IMG/VR virus record: IMGVR_UViG_2518645594_000001
Coordinates: 12,431-76,430 of that record
Length of the DNA stretch: 64,000 nucleotides
Reading direction: 5' to 3' (one strand)
Origin: a virus
Taxonomy: Duplodnaviria > Caudoviricetes
This document shows, piece after piece, positions 29,039 to 38,886 of the stretch. The notes below the pieces were generated by a model. The model was given only the letters and a program-made list of their open reading frames with translations, was not told where the DNA came from and made no database searches. A program made the position numbers and the translations under genes. Numbering within the stretch: position 1 is the first letter of the stretch; every line of letters begins with the position of its first letter.

Positions 29039-30133
29039 TCACGATATGCCCGCACTATGAAAGATCTGTGGCTCTAGCTGTTTGACCTGGGCGAGCGTCA
29101 GCGGCTTGAAGTTCTTGTCCAACTGCAGCGAGGCGAAACGCTCAGCCGTGAGGCCTCCGTCTCGGAACAGCTTTGCACGCACCGGGCCCAGCGCCGCGTC
29201 CTGGAACGCCGCAGGCTGCGTCTTGAGCCATTGGTAGTAGCTGAGGCTGGCCGAGACCTGCGCGCCGCCAGAGGCGCCCACTGAGGCGCGTGTGGCACCC
29301 TTAGCGAATGCGGCCGACAGCTTGGTGATCGGCGTAATGGTCGTCCGGCAGTTGACGTGGAATGGCGGCACCGGCCCCTTCCCTATCTCAAACTCGCGTC
29401 CGTCCAGGCTTTTGCACTGCTGGCTGGTCTTCCGGTCGAGGGTGGCCACGATGCGGTAGCCCGGGACGAACTCGGCGTTTGCGGCCAGCGTCTCCATGCG
29501 TGCCGTTGCAGACACATGCTGCACGGCGGTGTGCACCACCGAACGAGCGTTGCGGTTACTGACCGCCAGAACGCCATCGGTGAAGTTTTGTGCGGCCGTG
29601 CCGCGTATAGCCTTGGTGATCTCAGCGTTGGTCTGGCCCTGCACCACGCCAAGGCGGATGGCATTGGTCACCCGGGTCGACTCAGTGCGCGTCCAGCCGC
29701 TCAGGAAGGGCTTTAGCAGCGTACCGCCGTCGATCCCTGCCACCTGAAGAGGCTGCGTATTGATCGCGGCTCGGATCAGCGAGTCGGTCGGCATGATGGC
29801 GTCGATCAGTAGCGCCTTGGACAGGCTACGGCTCTCGAACGCGGCCAGGTACTGCGCGATGTCCACCAGGTCGGCCTGCATGCTGTCGCCAAAGGCTTGG
29901 TAGATGCCTAGTAGCTTCCCGCCGACTCTCGACAGGAATTCTTCCAAGCGGCCCCGGCTGTATGTGGTCAGCTCGCGGCGTGTGAGTTGGTCCCGCACCT
30001 GGGTATCCACCTGGCGCAGGACCGTCTCAAACTTCTTGACCTCACCTGCCTTCAGCCGCTCCAGCAGCACCGCGTGCCGACTGACCTGCTCCAGCAGCAT
30101 CTCGTCCGCCGTTTGCATTGGTTTCGTCGCCAT
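29039..30133 (-). CDS. Minor head protein (Mu gpF / SPP1 gp7 family)
   Basis: ATLDRKTS..C.SLDG...PPFH.NCRTT. Confidence 0.88.
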   Translation of the reverse strand: MATKPMQTADEMLLEQVSRHAVLLERLKAGEVKKFETVLRQVDTQVRDQLTRRELTTYSRGRLEEFLSRVGGKLLGIYQAFGDSMQADLVDIAQYLAAFESRSLSKALLIDAIMPTDSLIRAAINTQPLQVAGIDGGTLLKPFLSGWTRTESTRVTNAIRLGVVQGQTNAEITKAIRGTAAQNFTDGVLAVSNRNARSVVHTAVQHVSATARMETLAANAEFVPGYRIVATLDRKTSQQCKSLDGREFEIGKGPVPPFHVNCRTTITPITKLSAAFAKGATRASVGASGGAQVSASLSYYQWLKTQPAAFQDAALGPVRAKLFRDGGLTAERFASLQLDKNFKPLTLAQVKQLEPQIFHSAGIS

Positions 30134-31511
30134 CGTCAGTGTCCAGGTTGATGCCGGCTGACTCGCGCTCGTCGCTGATCAGCCCGGCCTCTTCGTCGTA
30201 GGCCCGCTCGGGCAGCTTGCCGGTGGTGAGGTACTGCCAGTAGGTCTCGGCGCTGATCGTGCCGGCCATGACGCTCTTCTGCAGCTCAGCCAGCACCTGG
30301 GCGTTGACCTCAGGGATCACAAACTCAGGCTTAACGGTGAATACCACGTCGTCCGGGTTGTAGCCAGTCCACTCAGCGGCATACCGCAAGGCCTGCTCAA
30401 TAGCCGACGCTGCGGTGATGACGATGCTGTGCAGCGTGGCGTGCTGGTCGTTCTGGCGGGTCTTGCGGGCCTCGCCTGATTCAGTGCCGGACACGTCCAT
30501 GACCTTGGCGCCAGCTTCGAGGGCTGCGCTCTTCTGGTCAGACATGGCCGTTCGGACAGCCTCAACGCCTGCCCCTTGGAACTCCAGATAGCCGCACTGA
30601 CCCTTGGGTCCGAGATCCCAGGCTGCAGACGGCCCGGTCACACTGAGCTCCACGCTTTCGTCCAGGCCGGACACCCATGGCTGGGGATGGCTGGTCTGGT
30701 GGAGAGCGGTGAAGTAGTCCGCGCTGAGCTGGTACGACTTCAGCGCAGCCCTGGCCATGGTCAGCAGCGGGATCTCGTCCACGTCTGGTGAGTTGTCGGT
30801 CGAGCCGCAGTAGATGACCGGGATGTACTCGAGCCCACGCACGAGCTGGTTACCTGAGCCAACGGTACCAAGGGGACGCTCATCATCGATGAGTTCGCCT
30901 GCTTCGTTGCGCACAGCCGTGTAGCAGACTTGCCCCTGCATGAAGAACTCGCGGTAGACCGTCTGGCACTGATGGCTGTAGCGGTCCTCCGCCTTCTTGC
31001 GGAACTCGCGGAACACGGCCAGCACCAGGTCCTGGCGCCCGCCTTGGTCGGCGGTATCCCAGTTAATGCCATTCCGAGCAGCGTAGGTTGCAAAGTAAGG
31101 CTGGCCCTGGTCGTCCACGTTGACCACAAGCGGCACCCGCCCGTGGGAGATGGTCTGCCGAACGATGCGCAGGAAGAGTTGAGTCAGGCCGAACCCGTCA
31201 GCGGTGGCGTTCTCTTCCACGCCCTTCAGCCCGCTGGGCAGTTTCACCTCAGGAATGAGCCGGGAGACCAGGCCCATCATCGAGCGCAGCGAATCGCGCA
31301 CCCAGTGCTCGTACTGGGCCCGTGCCGTGTAGTTCTGGTAGAGGTAGGCATTGCCCTGGCCATCCAGCTTTTCAGCTTCGACCATGCCGCTTGGCTTGGG
31401 CAGGTTGCGTGGACTGCCCTTGATGGCGCACTCGCCTTCCAGAGCATCGTCCATCATCCGCCACTCTTCGATGTGAGCGTCGTACTCTGGGTTGGTGGAT
31501 TGAACAGGCAT
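30042..31511 (-). CDS. Portal protein (DUF4055 type)
   Basis: Follows TerL; about 490 aa; Y..RA, YQLSADY...H. Confidence 0.85.
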   Translation of the reverse strand: MPVQSTNPEYDAHIEEWRMMDDALEGECAIKGSPRNLPKPSGMVEAEKLDGQGNAYLYQNYTARAQYEHWVRDSLRSMMGLVSRLIPEVKLPSGLKGVEENATADGFGLTQLFLRIVRQTISHGRVPLVVNVDDQGQPYFATYAARNGINWDTADQGGRQDLVLAVFREFRKKAEDRYSHQCQTVYREFFMQGQVCYTAVRNEAGELIDDERPLGTVGSGNQLVRGLEYIPVIYCGSTDNSPDVDEIPLLTMARAALKSYQLSADYFTALHQTSHPQPWVSGLDESVELSVTGPSAAWDLGPKGQCGYLEFQGAGVEAVRTAMSDQKSAALEAGAKVMDVSGTESGEARKTRQNDQHATLHSIVITAASAIEQALRYAAEWTGYNPDDVVFTVKPEFVIPEVNAQVLAELQKSVMAGTISAETYWQYLTTGKLPERAYDEEAGLISDERESAGINLDTDDGDETNANGGRDAAGAGQSARGAAGAAEGR

Positions 31512-32839
31512 TACGCCAAACCTCCGATGCGGCGGGTGCCGGCGGACTGAGTCTTGATCGGGAACCGCTTGGCGATGAAATAGCCCGCGGCGTCGTTCAT
31601 ATGGTCGTGACCTTTCTTCGGGTCTTTGTCCGGCTCGCCCTTGTCCGTGTAGGTCTGGCGCTCCAGGCACTGGGTGAGCTGCGGGCACTGGTCAATGTTG
31701 ACCTTGAGGCGGCGCTCACCGTAGGTGTTCAGGAACATGGAGTTGACCGCGTTTATGCGGTCCTTCACGCCAGGGTTCTGCGAATCGACCACTACGGTGA
31801 AGCCGGCCTTTTTGAGCAAGGACAGGTCCGATTCGCTGGCATTCTTGCTGCTGGTGTTCTGTCCGCTGGCGTCTGGATACACGGAGATGCCATGCCCAGG
31901 GAATCGCGCCTTGATCTTGTCGATCATCTCCGGCGTATCGCGCACCGAATGGAATTCGTCCAGCGCCAGCGGCAGGCCGTCCCGGACCACGTACACGACC
32001 GCCGCCATCTTCATGACGTTGAAGTCCATGCCGATGTGTAGAGCCTCGCCTGGCTCGATGCGCGCGCTAGTGCGGCACTCATTCCGGTCAAAGGTGTAGT
32101 AGACGACACCCGCATAGTTCTCGAACCCGGCCTCGTATTCCTGGCGGAACGTGCGCGGGTCCATCTTGCGTCGGGCCGCGTCCAGCTCCTCGGCCGGGAC
32201 ATTGCCACCCTGGAGCGAGGTGTACTGCCAGCTCTTGTGGTCGGGCTCGCCACCTGGTTGGCCATCCCGGTAGGTGTCATAGCAGTGGTTGAAGCCCTTC
32301 GGCGTACCGATCCGCAGTGCGTGGCCACCCTTCCGAGCCTCCCCTGTCTGCGCGATCGTGTACTGGCACGTCGAAAGCATCGGCCGCAGCACTTCCTCCC
32401 ACGCCGCCCACGGGCAGTCGGCCCACTCGTCCACCAACACAAAGAACAGGCCGGAGCCGCGCAGGTTGTCGTAATTGTCCAGACCGACCACTCGCATGAT
32501 GTGGCCGGACTTGAGCGTGATCGAGCATTCGGTTTCGTTCGGACGGGTCGCACGCCAGGCTTCTGGGATGGCCTGCTTCAACCGGCGCCAAAACACCCGC
32601 TTGGCTTGCTTGAACGTCGGCGCACCGTACCAGATCTCGTCCTCGACGCTCACGCCCCACTCCGCAGCCAAACGTGCTGCGCGGCGCATCTCTGCCTTGC
32701 CGAGGAAGGTCTTGCCGAATCGACGCCCGCACACCGCATCACGGAAGCGAGCCTCAGGTTGGAAGCCCCAGCAGTAGATGTTCGCCTGCTTGGGCGTCAG
32801 CTTTACCGGCGGGTCATAGGTGCGGGGTAGTCGGGACAT
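31511..32839 (-). CDS. Terminase large subunit
   Basis: GRRFGKT Walker A, VLVDE Walker B, GMDFN, HMNDAAGY. Confidence 0.95.
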   Translation of the reverse strand: MSRLPRTYDPPVKLTPKQANIYCWGFQPEARFRDAVCGRRFGKTFLGKAEMRRAARLAAEWGVSVEDEIWYGAPTFKQAKRVFWRRLKQAIPEAWRATRPNETECSITLKSGHIMRVVGLDNYDNLRGSGLFFVLVDEWADCPWAAWEEVLRPMLSTCQYTIAQTGEARKGGHALRIGTPKGFNHCYDTYRDGQPGGEPDHKSWQYTSLQGGNVPAEELDAARRKMDPRTFRQEYEAGFENYAGVVYYTFDRNECRTSARIEPGEALHIGMDFNVMKMAAVVYVVRDGLPLALDEFHSVRDTPEMIDKIKARFPGHGISVYPDASGQNTSSKNASESDLSLLKKAGFTVVVDSQNPGVKDRINAVNSMFLNTYGERRLKVNIDQCPQLTQCLERQTYTDKGEPDKDPKKGHDHMNDAAGYFIAKRFPIKTQSAGTRRIGGLA

Positions 32840-33290
32840 TCTCATCTGGCTCCAGCGTGTACTCAGCAACGGCGTGCTGCTGGTCCGCCTGGGAGCCCAG
32901 GGGCTTGTCGGGTTCGATCTTGCGGTTGACGTACATGTCGCCGCATTCCTTGGCTGCCTGCTCGTACAGCTGAGCAGTCAGCGCCAGGTTGCGCATACTC
33001 TCGGCTTTCTCAGCCATTCGACCGAGGCCGCGAAGGCGGAACGCTCGGTTGGCGATCGGGATCTCAGCTGTCTCCTCGCGGAAACGCTTGCGGGTGTCGT
33101 TGAACAGATCGATCCACTTCTGAGCAAGGCCACGCCCTGCGTACTTGGTCGGGTCGTGCCCTTCGCACGTTTGGCGGCTCAGCTCGATGCCGAATTCCTT
33201 CTTGACGGCCTCCACCACCTGCGACGGTGTATCGAAGCAGGCCAGAGCCTGAACAATGAAGGCTTTGACCTCGCTTCGTAGTGCTGCCAT
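32814..33290 (-). CDS. Terminase small subunit (DUF2280)
   Basis: VKAFIVQALACFDTPSQV...EQAAKE. Confidence 0.88.
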   Translation of the reverse strand: MAALRSEVKAFIVQALACFDTPSQVVEAVKKEFGIELSRQTCEGHDPTKYAGRGLAQKWIDLFNDTRKRFREETAEIPIANRAFRLRGLGRMAEKAESMRNLALTAQLYEQAAKECGDMYVNRKIEPDKPLGSQADQQHAVAEYTLEPDENVPTTPHL

Positions 33291-33321
33291 GTGAATGTCG
33301 TCCGTCAGGACCTGTCAGGAT

Positions 33322-33930
33322 TCAGGCCGACTTGAGCAGGCAGGTTCCGCAGGCCCTCGCAATGTTGATCTTGGCCACCTCGGGCGGCCGGCTTGCAGCG
33401 TCTATCAGCTGCTGTACGTCGTGGCTGGCACCGTAGCGCCTCACCACACCGACGAACTCTTCGACGTCGTGCCCGCGCATCTCCAGCTTGGGCAGACCGT
33501 CCTGGGTGAACTTGGGTGCACCGTACTGATCCGTCGCCTGGGCGATGTGATAGAGCTCGTGTTCGACCAGTGCACAGAACTCCGCGTCGGTGCACTGGGC
33601 GCAGTAGTCGGCTGCCAGGGTGATAAGGAACTGTGGCTCTTCTCCGAACCACTCGCGCATCTGCTGCTCTTGTCGGGCCTTCTGCCAACCACCTGCGCGG
33701 ATCATCACCTGCTCGGCCTGGCCCAGCACCGTGCGGCCCTGTTTGGCGAATGAATGCGATGCCCATAGCACCTGCACGTTGGCATCCAGCAGATGGGCGT
33801 GGTCGGGGTTATGCAGGCTGCCGGTGTCGGCCAGTATCTCGGCGTTGATCCACCCCCACACCTCAGACGCTGGGCGCAGGGTTAGGAAGATTTGGTCGAG
33901 CAGATCAGCCGGAGGGGTTGGTCTGCTCAT
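33322..33930 (-). CDS. Putative phage metallopeptidase
   Basis: HELYH and HDVEEF motifs. Confidence 0.82.
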   Translation of the reverse strand: MSRPTPPADLLDQIFLTLRPASEVWGWINAEILADTGSLHNPDHAHLLDANVQVLWASHSFAKQGRTVLGQAEQVMIRAGGWQKARQEQQMREWFGEEPQFLITLAADYCAQCTDAEFCALVEHELYHIAQATDQYGAPKFTQDGLPKLEMRGHDVEEFVGVVRRYGASHDVQQLIDAASRPPEVAKINIARACGTCLLKSA

Positions 33931-34011
33931 AACGACGCTACCCTTGAATTGATGGATCCTGGCCGGTATTGATGTCTGCAAACTCACGAGAGCCAGCGCG
34001 GAAATAGGACA

Positions 34012-34584
34012 ATGCTTAAGAAGATGATTTGCTCACTGTTCAGAGCAACACCAGTAAAGCCCGTAGCAGCTGCATCGGAAAGCAACGCGAGTCCTGTCAT
34101 GCCAGATCAGCGGAGTCTCGCAGACTATTTCAAAGAGGAAATTGAGAAGTGTCCCTTTATCCAGGAGTCTGGACGCATGATGGTACTGCTCGACTTTTTA
34201 CACGTGGAAAAGCTGAAAGACGGGATACCCCTCACGACAGATGAGAAAAAATCTCTGGGAATAAACGCTCGTCTCAAAATCACAAGCAGCCACTGTCAGG
34301 CATTGACGTTGGAAGGTCTGCGTCTAGGCCCTAAAGAGGTAATGAACCCGTTGTACTACCGAGCAACATTTGACCATAACCGGCATCAGCAGATTGCCAA
34401 GATGAAAAGCCTTGGCATCCTGCATTACAGCCCGATGACGTGCGGCGATGAGCGCGACTGTGATTGGTGCACGTCGATGAATGGGAAGCTGCTCTCAGTT
34501 GACGTTGATTTTGTTCAATTGCTCAAACAGAACTGTACATGTGAGTACTGCCGTTGCGTACTCCAGGCAAAGATCGACTTTTAA
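34012..34584 (+). CDS. Antisense moron with a Cys-rich C-terminus
   Basis: 190 aa, TCGDERDCDWC...NGK...CTCEYCRC; lower GC. Confidence 0.7.
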   Translation: MLKKMICSLFRATPVKPVAAASESNASPVMPDQRSLADYFKEEIEKCPFIQESGRMMVLLDFLHVEKLKDGIPLTTDEKKSLGINARLKITSSHCQALTLEGLRLGPKEVMNPLYYRATFDHNRHQQIAKMKSLGILHYSPMTCGDERDCDWCTSMNGKLLSVDVDFVQLLKQNCTCEYCRCVLQAKIDF

Positions 34585-34769
34585 CCCACCATTTTGCGGG
34601 TCTCTGCATGGGCATGCCCGTGCAAGATAGCGACGAGCAGCCCCTGAGGCAGTCCTGCTTCCTTGGCTGCATCGATCGCCTTGATCAGCGCCGAGTCGAG
34701 CGCATTGGTAGCGGCCACCACGTCGGCAGGCATCGGTAGAACATGACGCAGGCGAGTGACATTCGTCAT
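34581..34769 (-). CDS. Small phage hypothetical protein
   Basis: AIDAAKEAGLPQGLLVAILHGH. Confidence 0.7.
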   Translation of the reverse strand: MTNVTRLRHVLPMPADVVAATNALDSALIKAIDAAKEAGLPQGLLVAILHGHAHAETRKMVG

Positions 34770-34817
34770 AGAGGTCTCCGCGCCACGAAACGGCGCATGT
34801 CCATTTCGTGGCGCGGA

Positions 34818-35159
34818 TCAAGGTGTCACGCGGTTGAGCGCTTCCCCTGCCCGATCTACAGCTTGGTCTGCCTTGTCTGCTGCTTGGGTGGCTGTAGTTG
34901 CGGCTTTCGACGCCTTGGCCGCCGCGCTGCCCGTCTGCCTGGCCAATTCATCCAGGCGCTGATCTCGCTGCATGCTGGCTTCGTCATAGGCGGCGCGAAT
35001 CTCGGCGACTTGCTCCAGGTAGCTATGGGCCAGGGCCCACTGGGCGAGCTGGTAGCCACCGAACCCGCCCCCGACTACGAGCAGAAGGGCGATTACCCAG
35101 ACCTCAATGCGGCGCCACCAGCGGCGGGCAATGAATTCAAGTGCGCATCTGTCCATCAC
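34818..35159 (-). CDS. Single-TM lysis-region protein
   Basis: TM helix plus coiled coil, coupled to the upstream holin-like gene. Confidence 0.65.
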   Translation of the reverse strand: MMDRCALEFIARRWWRRIEVWVIALLLVVGGGFGGYQLAQWALAHSYLEQVAEIRAAYDEASMQRDQRLDELARQTGSAAAKASKAATTATQAADKADQAVDRAGEALNRVTP

Positions 35160-35527
35160 GACATACCTCCGAGCTTGGTGCGCAAGCGGGCGATCTCTTC
35201 GCTTTGCAGCGATACGCGCTCAGTGAGCTGGCCAACCTGGCTGGTCAGCGCCTCGATCTTCCCTTCCATGCGCCCAACGGTGGCGGCTAGGTCGTTGCGC
35301 TCTTTGGCGAACTGATCAGCGCGGGCCTCGGCAAGCTTGCGGGCCTCGCGCTCGGAGTCGAGCAGTTCGTTCAGGCGCCGGACGGTGCCGATATCCGCGT
35401 TGTCCATGGCTCGGTCGGCGGCATCCTTCGATAGGAATTTGCGCAGCCAAAGGAAGCCGCCCAGCAGGACAGTGCCCGTACCGCCCAGCCAGGTGGCTGT
35501 GCCTGGGCCGAAGTCGGTCGGGTCCAT
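35156..35527 (-). CDS. Holin-like protein (N-terminal TM + coiled coil)
   Basis: First late-operon position; TM segment; AGGAG RBS. Confidence 0.6.
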   Translation of the reverse strand: MDPTDFGPGTATWLGGTGTVLLGGFLWLRKFLSKDAADRAMDNADIGTVRRLNELLDSEREARKLAEARADQFAKERNDLAATVGRMEGKIEALTSQVGQLTERVSLQSEEIARLRTKLGGMS

Positions 35528-35650
35528 CAATTTCTCCTGGGAGGAACAGGCAACGACGAACGTCGAGGCCGGTAATTCTATTGTGTCGTTAAAGTGCGAC
35601 TTAACGTCACACCACAAGATCGATTTGTCTGTCCTAGCAGGAGCGTCGCA

Positions 35651-35929
35651 GTGCCCAGGTCACGAAGCCACTATGAAACAACGCTGCGCCTCTATCAGGC
35701 GGAAGCAGAGATGGCCTACATACTTGATGTGTTTGGAGATCATCTAGCAAAGACCCACCTACTGCCGCCAGACCTGTACGGTATTTCGGCAGTAAATTAC
35801 TACCTGATGCAGAAGCACAACTGGACCAAATCGCAGCTTGAGCAAATGAGCTCTGAAGAGAAGCGGTTTGCTCTGAGTGCCGAGATGACCGGCTACAGAC
35901 TCCCGCCTGAAGCTCAATTCGATAGCTGA
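35651..35929 (+). CDS. Small antisense hypothetical protein
   Basis: GTG start after AGGAG; G..AV.YYL..KH.W...L..MS. Confidence 0.55.
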   Translation: MPRSRSHYETTLRLYQAEAEMAYILDVFGDHLAKTHLLPPDLYGISAVNYYLMQKHNWTKSQLEQMSSEEKRFALSAEMTGYRLPPEAQFDS

Positions 35930-36014
35930 GGCGAGATGATGTCGCAGGGCAGGCACTGAACCCTGCTGAAAACCAAAAAAGCCCGCGCTAGGCGGGCAAG
36001 GGAGGGACTGTGAA

Positions 36015-36524
36015 TTAGATCTGATGGCTATAGAACAGCGAGTACGACTCGATGCCGTCGTTCGGTTGTTTGATGCCAGCGTTGGAATAGTGGATCGCTC
36101 GGATACCGACCTTTTGCGTTTCGCCAATCTTCAGGCCTGCACCAATACGGTCTTCGAAGTTGAAAGCCGAGCCGAACTCCTGATCACCTGCAGAGGTGCC
36201 CGAGAACACTGCGAGCCCAATCCCCGCTTCGATGAAAGGCTTGATGTTACCGCTGCCAAATTCATAAACGAACACAGGGGCGAAGGACAGCGAGTGGGCT
36301 CCACCAGAAGCGTCTCCAGCTTCCCAATAGGTGTAGCCAGCATCCCAGTACCCGGTTAAGCGGCCGGTGCTGCTCTCAAACCAGCTCTTGTCCCAGTTGA
36401 AGCCCACAGCTGCGCGAGCGGTCAAGCCGCCCTGACTAGTTGCACCGATTGCGCCAGATAGATCAGCAGCCTGTGTACCGGTGGCCAATAGGGAGAACAC
36501 CGCAGCAGCGATGATTTTTTTCAT
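36015..36524 (-). CDS. pagL: Lipid A 3-O-deacylase PagL
   Basis: Signal peptide, GYWDAGYTYW, PVFVYEF, FEDRIGAG, catalytic HYSNAG..QPNDGIE. Confidence 0.93.
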   Translation of the reverse strand: MKKIIAAAVFSLLATGTQAADLSGAIGATSQGGLTARAAVGFNWDKSWFESSTGRLTGYWDAGYTYWEAGDASGGAHSLSFAPVFVYEFGSGNIKPFIEAGIGLAVFSGTSAGDQEFGSAFNFEDRIGAGLKIGETQKVGIRAIHYSNAGIKQPNDGIESYSLFYSHQI

Positions 36525-36660
36525 GATCACGGAATCCTGATGGTTTTTCTTAGCAAGCTATCAGAATCATAGTGCTATCAATTCGTTCCGTGCACTCTAA
36601 AAAATGAGGCATTTACCAAAGTTTGTGTTCTTCGGGACTCTTGAGGCCCTCTTCGGGCAA

Positions 36661-36758
36661 TAAATAACCCGGCGCGAGGGCCGGGTCTTGTCTGTATTCG
36701 CCAAAGGCGAAATTGTGACGATGGCGAAATAGTGCCAAAACACTCCTCAAACTGTCAA
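36661..36758 (-). promoter_or_regulatory. Putative late promoter pR' and tR'-like terminator
   Basis: TTGACA (36753-36758) ... CACTAT (36729-36734) right after Q, then a cccggc..gccggg hairpin with a T-rich tail. Confidence 0.5.
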
Positions 36759-37441
36759 GCGGCTATTTCCTGCGACCCGTCATTGCGCTCGCGGAGCCTT
36801 TCCACCACCCGAGCAACAGGCTTGAGCGCCTGCTTGTCGAGCCTGTCGACCTGAGCGCAGAGCGCATCCCAAACTTCCTGCCAGTCCCTGGCCCAGTTCT
36901 GAGGGTTCATCTTCTCGCCGGTACGATCCTCGACAAACATGCACACTGCTCCGGGCCCCATCGCCTCACCGCCGTGTACGAGGATCTTGTGCGATTGGAG
37001 CGCGGCCATGGCCATCCAGTAGGCTCGTTGCTTCTTGCGGTCTGTGAGCGCTTCCAGGCCGCTCCCAAGCCACACCAGCCCATGGGCGATGCTTAGGTCG
37101 TTGCCACTGGCGACGGGCGAGTACATGAAGTTGCCCAGATGGCGCAGCGACTTCGGCAGTGAGTCAATTGCCTGAAGCACCAAGCCGGCGGTCAGCATGT
37201 GCGCACAGCGGTCGTTGGTAAGTCGGCGACCTGGACGAGTCTCCTGCACCCCTTCCTTGCGGACCTCGTAGACCTTGCACACTTCCTGCCCGTCATGGTT
37301 CTCGAGCATGACCATGATCTTCACGTCACCCGATCCGCCTTTCTTGCCCAAAGCTGCCTGTTCGGCGGCAACCGCCAAGGCGGAAGCACGGTTCTCATGC
37401 AGTGCGTCGTGCCAAACTTGGCGAGCGCTGATTACTTTCAT
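36755..37441 (-). CDS. Late antiterminator Q-like protein
   Basis: Last early-right gene after ninG; MKVISARQVWHD...NWARDW. Confidence 0.65.
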   Translation of the reverse strand: MKVISARQVWHDALHENRASALAVAAEQAALGKKGGSGDVKIMVMLENHDGQEVCKVYEVRKEGVQETRPGRRLTNDRCAHMLTAGLVLQAIDSLPKSLRHLGNFMYSPVASGNDLSIAHGLVWLGSGLEALTDRKKQRAYWMAMAALQSHKILVHGGEAMGPGAVCMFVEDRTGEKMNPQNWARDWQEVWDALCAQVDRLDKQALKPVARVVERLRERNDGSQEIAA

Positions 37442-37560
37442 GGTCGTTCTCCCTTCTTGAGTCGGTTTGCAATGGTGCTGCCGTAGATCACGCACCAGGT
37501 CGAGGTGACTGCAATGGCCAGCAGCAATGCCCAGGCCGTGTCGCTGATAGTCCAGGTCAT
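37438..37560 (-). CDS. 40-aa membrane peptide
   Basis: MTWTISDTAWALLLAIAV...; ATGA-coupled on both sides. Confidence 0.55.
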   Translation of the reverse strand: MTWTISDTAWALLLAIAVTSTWCVIYGSTIANRLKKGERP

Positions 37561-38153
37561 GCTGCTTTCCTCTTGAGGTCACGAAGTTTCTGGCGGTACA
37601 GGGCCTTGATGGCCTGCAGGTCTTTGATGGTGTAGCGGCGCGGCGCCTGGTCAGCCTCCAGCGCTTCGACGGCAGCCAAGCCAATGCGCTGGATCAGGCC
37701 CAGGCGGTACTCGGCCACGTTGCCGGACAGGTAGCGGTTGTCGTGCTTACTTTGTGCGTGGCAATTGTTTTCATCGAAGCGGAGGTGTGGGGCCGCGCCT
37801 GTGCTGCGGTAGTGCCCGGCATCTACGGCATTACCGTTCCAGTCCAGAGGCCGCCCGCTGGATATGCACGCATACCCCGCCAGACGGTCCCGCTCGCGTA
37901 TGTAAGCGTTGAACGCCTGCTGGGCCTCCCGCAGGTGCTCCCCCTTCGTCTTGAGCTTCTCGCGGCGCTCCTGGAGGTCCTGGCGCTTCTGCTTGGTGAT
38001 GGCCTTGGCCGCTACCTTCTGCAGCTTCGGGTCTTGGGCCATGGCCAGGGCGCATGCCGGGCTGCATACGCGCTGGGTGGTCATGGTCGGATGGAAGGGT
38101 TTGCCGCAGCCTGGGGCGCGGCATTTCTTCGGCCTGGCTTGACCTACGCGCAT
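37557..38153 (-). CDS. ninG: NinG/Rap recombination endonuclease
   Basis: CSPACA, FNAYIRERD, CISSG, DAGHYRS, NCHAQ. Confidence 0.92.
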   Translation of the reverse strand: MRVGQARPKKCRAPGCGKPFHPTMTTQRVCSPACALAMAQDPKLQKVAAKAITKQKRQDLQERREKLKTKGEHLREAQQAFNAYIRERDRLAGYACISSGRPLDWNGNAVDAGHYRSTGAAPHLRFDENNCHAQSKHDNRYLSGNVAEYRLGLIQRIGLAAVEALEADQAPRRYTIKDLQAIKALYRQKLRDLKRKAA

Positions 38154-38470
38154 GGCTCAGCCTCCTTGGCTTTCTGCTGCTCGGGCGCGAAGTCCCCGCG
38201 CAAGGGCATCAAATGCCGCTCGAGGAATGCAGCGGTGGTATTGGTCCGTAGTCCTAAGCCCTCGCCTGCGACGCGTGTAACGGTGATTTCCCCCAGAACG
38301 AGCCAGCACCGGAGTCTGTCGGGATTCTCGGTGTAGGTATCCGCATACGGCAGATGGTCGATCAGCTCGCCATCATCAAAGCGAATCAGCTCGACGACCT
38401 TCCCGATGTTCTCCGGGTGATGGGCCTTGACGATCAGCGCCAGGTCGCCCGGTTTGAATTGATGGCTCAC
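38144..38470 (-). CDS. Nin-region hypothetical protein
   Basis: FKPGDLALIV...HLMPLRGD. Confidence 0.7.
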   Translation of the reverse strand: MSHQFKPGDLALIVKAHHPENIGKVVELIRFDDGELIDHLPYADTYTENPDRLRCWLVLGEITVTRVAGEGLGLRTNTTAAFLERHLMPLRGDFAPEQQKAKEAEPCA

Positions 38471-38886
38471 GAGTACTGCCCTCCCCACAGATCCTTCTGG
38501 CTCCAGCGAACCTGGTGCTCAGCGCCAAACGCCTGAATCCACTCCAGCAGGCTCGCGCACTGCTTAATGCTGAGCTGGCTTGTGCGCTCGTACACGACGT
38601 CGAAGCCGTTCCCGTCGAGTGCTGGTATCAGCTGGGGCTGTTCGCCGCTCTCACGCAGCCAGGCGGCCGTCAGGAGGCGCTTCCAGATCAGGACGTCCCA
38701 CTTCTTTCCGGCGTGCTCGACCTGCTTGGCGATATCGCTCAGGCAGGCGTGAAGCTTCTTGTTCTGCTCGCCGCTGCGATCCTGGTCCTTGATCACGATC
38801 TTCTTGGGCTTGGTGAAGTCCTGGGCCTGGAGAACACCCATCAGTCGGTTGACGTCGGCCATGCTGTGCATCACGAAGTCAGTCAT
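38467..38886 (-). CDS. ninB: NinB/Orf recombination protein
   Basis: RS.EQNKKLHA.LSDIAKQV...WKRL...TSQL. Confidence 0.9.
   Translation of the reverse strand: MTDFVMHSMADVNRLMGVLQAQDFTKPKKIVIKDQDRSGEQNKKLHACLSDIAKQVEHAGKKWDVLIWKRLLTAAWLRESGEQPQLIPALDGNGFDVVYERTSQLSIKQCASLLEWIQAFGAEHQVRWSQKDLWGGQYS

Noticed and set aside
36645-36657. boxB-like GCCC-GAAGA-GGGC hairpin after pR' (similar hairpin near 43194)
   Set aside because: Only a 4-bp stem, no adjacent boxA, and the second copy is on the non-transcribed strand; may be chance
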